In this document: positions 61,040-64,000 of the stretch, in pieces
How the letters are laid out: the number at the start of each line of letters is the position of its first letter
Position numbering within the stretch: the first letter of the stretch is position 1
From: Lingula anatina
Lineage: Eukaryota > Animalia > Brachiopoda
Reading direction: 5' to 3'
Assembly (NCBI GenBank): GCA_051362555.1
Contig: CM120649.1
Coordinates: 11,222,001-11,286,000, forward strand
DNA: 64,000 nt
The notes under the pieces: model-generated
The model's input: only the letters and a program-made list of their open reading frames with translations
Databases searched by the model: none
Told to the model about the DNA's origin: nothing
Position numbers and translations under genes: made by a program

Positions 61040-63982
61040 TTGTACCACCAGCGTAGGCGCTGGCGGTACACATGGTTTTAGTCCCGACCCGTATGTTCCG
61101 CCGGCTCCTGCGGCTCCGCCGGCTCCTGTGGCTCCTGCGGCTCCGTCGCCAAGTCACCGTTACCGCTTCTCCTCCTAGACGGTAAGGGCCTCCATACCCA
61201 TCTCTTGGATTTAGGTCACCTATAATCTCAACTCGTTCCACGTAAAATTTGGGCTTTGTCGGTATTGGGGTCTAGGTGTGGTACTCATTGCAATGCACCC
61301 TTGTCCAAAAATGGCAAAATTAAATGCTAATTATCTCCCCTACGGAAGGAATTATGGGAAAAATTTCTACAGACAGCTTTCCAAAAGTCATATGTGTAGA
61401 TTTCAAATATGCCCTTGGATTTGACCTTTGACCTTTATTTCAAGGTCAAATGGGCCAAAATTTAAAAAAAAACAAAATTTTTGCTGAAAAAAAAATTATT
61501 TGCGGTCTTATTCAGACACCACAAAGACTTAACTAATAATATTAATGGAAAGTGTTACCCTTCGGGTCATCTTTCATCTCCGTGAATTTGGGGTCAATCG
61601 GTGCATTTTCACGGGAGTAGCGGCCATAAGATATCGAAACTGAAAACTGTCTCTAATTCGGGAACCGTTAATGCTAGACACCCATTCTTTTTTGCATTTT
61701 GTAGGGCATTTAAAGCCCAACACTGGAGGTGGTCTCCGTTTTTTTGTATTCCATACGGTTTTCGAGTTACGCTGTATCAAAAAGTACATATTGGTGGTGA
61801 AAGCTAAATGTGCAGTACGGTAATGGATAAAAAATTTTGAACTCCGGAAAAATAAAACATAAGGCTTGGCAAAGCAGACAACTTGTGGTCAAAAATGACA
61901 TTATTTCATCAAATTTGAACATCTGGAACTTCAGAGCACCTCCCATTTCAAGAATTTTGACCAAAATGACCTTTTCTTTATTTTAATTAATTTTTTCTGT
62001 AGGAAATTTATGGCACATTATGATAACTCCAAAATTATAACATTTAGTCCCTTATATCTCCAAAACTGGCAGAGATAGGTCCATAGTTACTATTGAAGTT
62101 GAATAGGAAGTCATATACTGGCAATCTAAATGTGACCTTAAAATTTACCTTTGACCTACTTTTCACCATGAACTGAACTTTGCAAATTTTGCTTCCCTTT
62201 TATCTCCAAAACTGGCAGAGATAGGTCCATAGTTACTATTGAACTTGAGTAGAAAGTCATATACTGGCAATCTACATGTGACCTTAAAATTGACCTTTGA
62301 CCTACTTTTCACCATGAACTGAACTTTGGAAATTTTGCTTCCCTTTTATCTCCAAAACTGGCAGAGATAGGTCCATAGTCTCTATTGAACTTGAATAGGA
62401 AGTCATATGCTGGCAATCTACATGTGACCTTAAAATTGACCTTTCACCTACTTTTCACCATGAACTGAACTTTGCAAATTTTGCTTCCCTTTTATCTCCA
62501 AAACTGGCAGAGATAGGTCCATAGTCTCTATTGAACTTGAATAGGAAGACATATACTGGCAATCTAAATGTGACCTTTAAATTGACCTTTGACCTACTTT
62601 TCACCATGAACTGAACTTTGCAAATTTTGCTTCCCTTTTATCTCCAAAACTGGCAGAGATAGGTCCATAGTCTCTATTGAACTTGAATAGGAAGTCATAT
62701 ACTGGCAATCTACATGTGACCTTAAAATTGACCTTTGACCTACTTTTCACCATGAACTGAACTTTGCAAATTTTGATTCTCTTTTATCTCCAAAACTGGC
62801 AGAGATAGGTCCATAGTTACTATTGAAGTTGAATAGGAAGTCATATACTGGCAATCTAAATGTGACCTTAAAATTGACCTTTGACCTACTTTTCACCAAG
62901 AACTGAACTTTGGAAATTTTGCTTCCCTTTTATCTCCAAAGTTACGCTGTATCAAACAGTACATATTGGTGGTGAAAGCAAAATGTGCAGTACGGTAATG
63001 GATAATAAATTTTGAACTCCGGAAAAATAAAACATAAGGCTTGGCAAAGCAGACAACTTGTGGTCAAAAATGACATTATTTCATCAAATTTGAACATCTG
63101 GAACTTCAGAGCACCTCCCATTTCAAGAATTTTGACCAAAATGACCTTTATTTTAATTAATTTTTTCTATAGGAAATTTATGGCACATTATTGTAACTCC
63201 AAAATTATAACATTTAGTCCCTTATCTCTCCAAAACTGGCAGAGATAGGTCCATAGTCTCTATTGAACTTGAATAGGAAGTCATATACTGGCAATCTACA
63301 TGTGACCTTAAAATTGACCTTTGACCTACTTTTCACCATGAACTGAACTTTGCAAATTTTGATTCCCTTTTATCTCCAAAACTGGCAGAGATAGGTCCAT
63401 AGTTACTATTGAACTTGAATAGGAAGTCATATACTGGCAATCTTAAAGTGACCTTAAAATTGACCTTTGACCTACTTTTCACCATGAACTGAACTTTGCA
63501 TATTTTGCTTCCCCTTTATCTCTAAAACTGGCAGAGATAGGTCCATAGTTACTATTGAACATGAATAGGAAGTCATATACTGGCAATCTAAGTGTGACCT
63601 TGAAATTGACCTTTGACCTACTTATTATCATGAACTGAACTCTGCTAATTTCTTTCTCTTTTAACTCCAAACCTGGCAGAGATAGGTCCATAGTTACTAT
63701 TGAAGTTGAATAGGAAGTCATATACTGGCAATTTACTGTGACCTTGGAATTGACCTTTGACCTACCTTACGATGAACTTAACTTTGATCGTACCATTTTT
63801 AGTAATATATATATCTTTTGCATATTTTGAAAATTCTTGTTGATTGCATTTTTACAGCTTGTCAAGCACAAGACTGGTGGCTGTGTTCCTTATTTTGTAT
63901 ATGTGGGGGTCTATACGAATGCGTTTGCTCCAGCTGGTGGTACAATATTCGGAGGCGGTATCGCCTCTCTGATCCTCTAGTT
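61040..63982 (+). mobile_element. Second Helentron/HINE-like element, in an EMSY intron
   Basis: 5' hairpin TGTACCACCAGCG-tagg-CGCTGGCGGTACA (61041-61070), 9-bp GGCTCC(T/G)NC repeats and a 146-bp array. The 3' end has subTIR GCTGGTGGTACAA (63933-63945), hairpin GGAGGCG-gtat-CGCCTCT and terminal CTAGTT. Confidence 0.82.
62050..63790. repeat. 146-bp tandem repeat in two blocks, with an internal duplication at about 1.17-kb spacing
   Basis: CAAAACTGGCAGAG-like at 62061, 62207, 62353, 62499, 62645, 62791, then 63231, 63377, 63523 and about 63668. Region 62941-63230 recopies about 61766-62060. Confidence 0.95.
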
Positions 63983-64000
63983 ATGAAAGTGTTTCAATTT

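Overview
AT-rich, intron-rich animal genomic DNA; the repeat types suggest a lophotrochozoan invertebrate, but the taxon is an inference. All exon models were built by hand from splice sites and reading-frame continuity. In order: (1) the last six exons of a spliced GH32 levanase/beta-fructofuranosidase gene (+, 591-8175), including a GC-AG intron; (2) a 13-exon, about 455-aa gene (-, 10591-20936) whose N-terminal half resembles the fungal eisosome BAR proteins Pil1/Lsp1 and whose tail carries Tyr and Pro signalling-type motifs; (3) a tandem array of five single-coding-exon class A orphan GPCRs plus one deleted relic (-, about 23.7-46.5 kb), all with HQL in place of DRY and a long glycosylated ECL1; (4) CEP19 (-) head-to-head with (5) EMSY (+, incomplete at the 3' end). 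One EMSY splice acceptor is amplified into ten tandem units, six of which read as a 60-nt in-frame exon plus a 20-nt GT..AG spacer. Many non-autonomous DNA elements are also present: two Helentron/HINE-like satellite carriers, Harbinger/Tourist-like MITEs, a pogo-like element, hAT-like MITEs and an IS3EU-like foldback. No rRNA, tRNA or CRISPR features were recognised.
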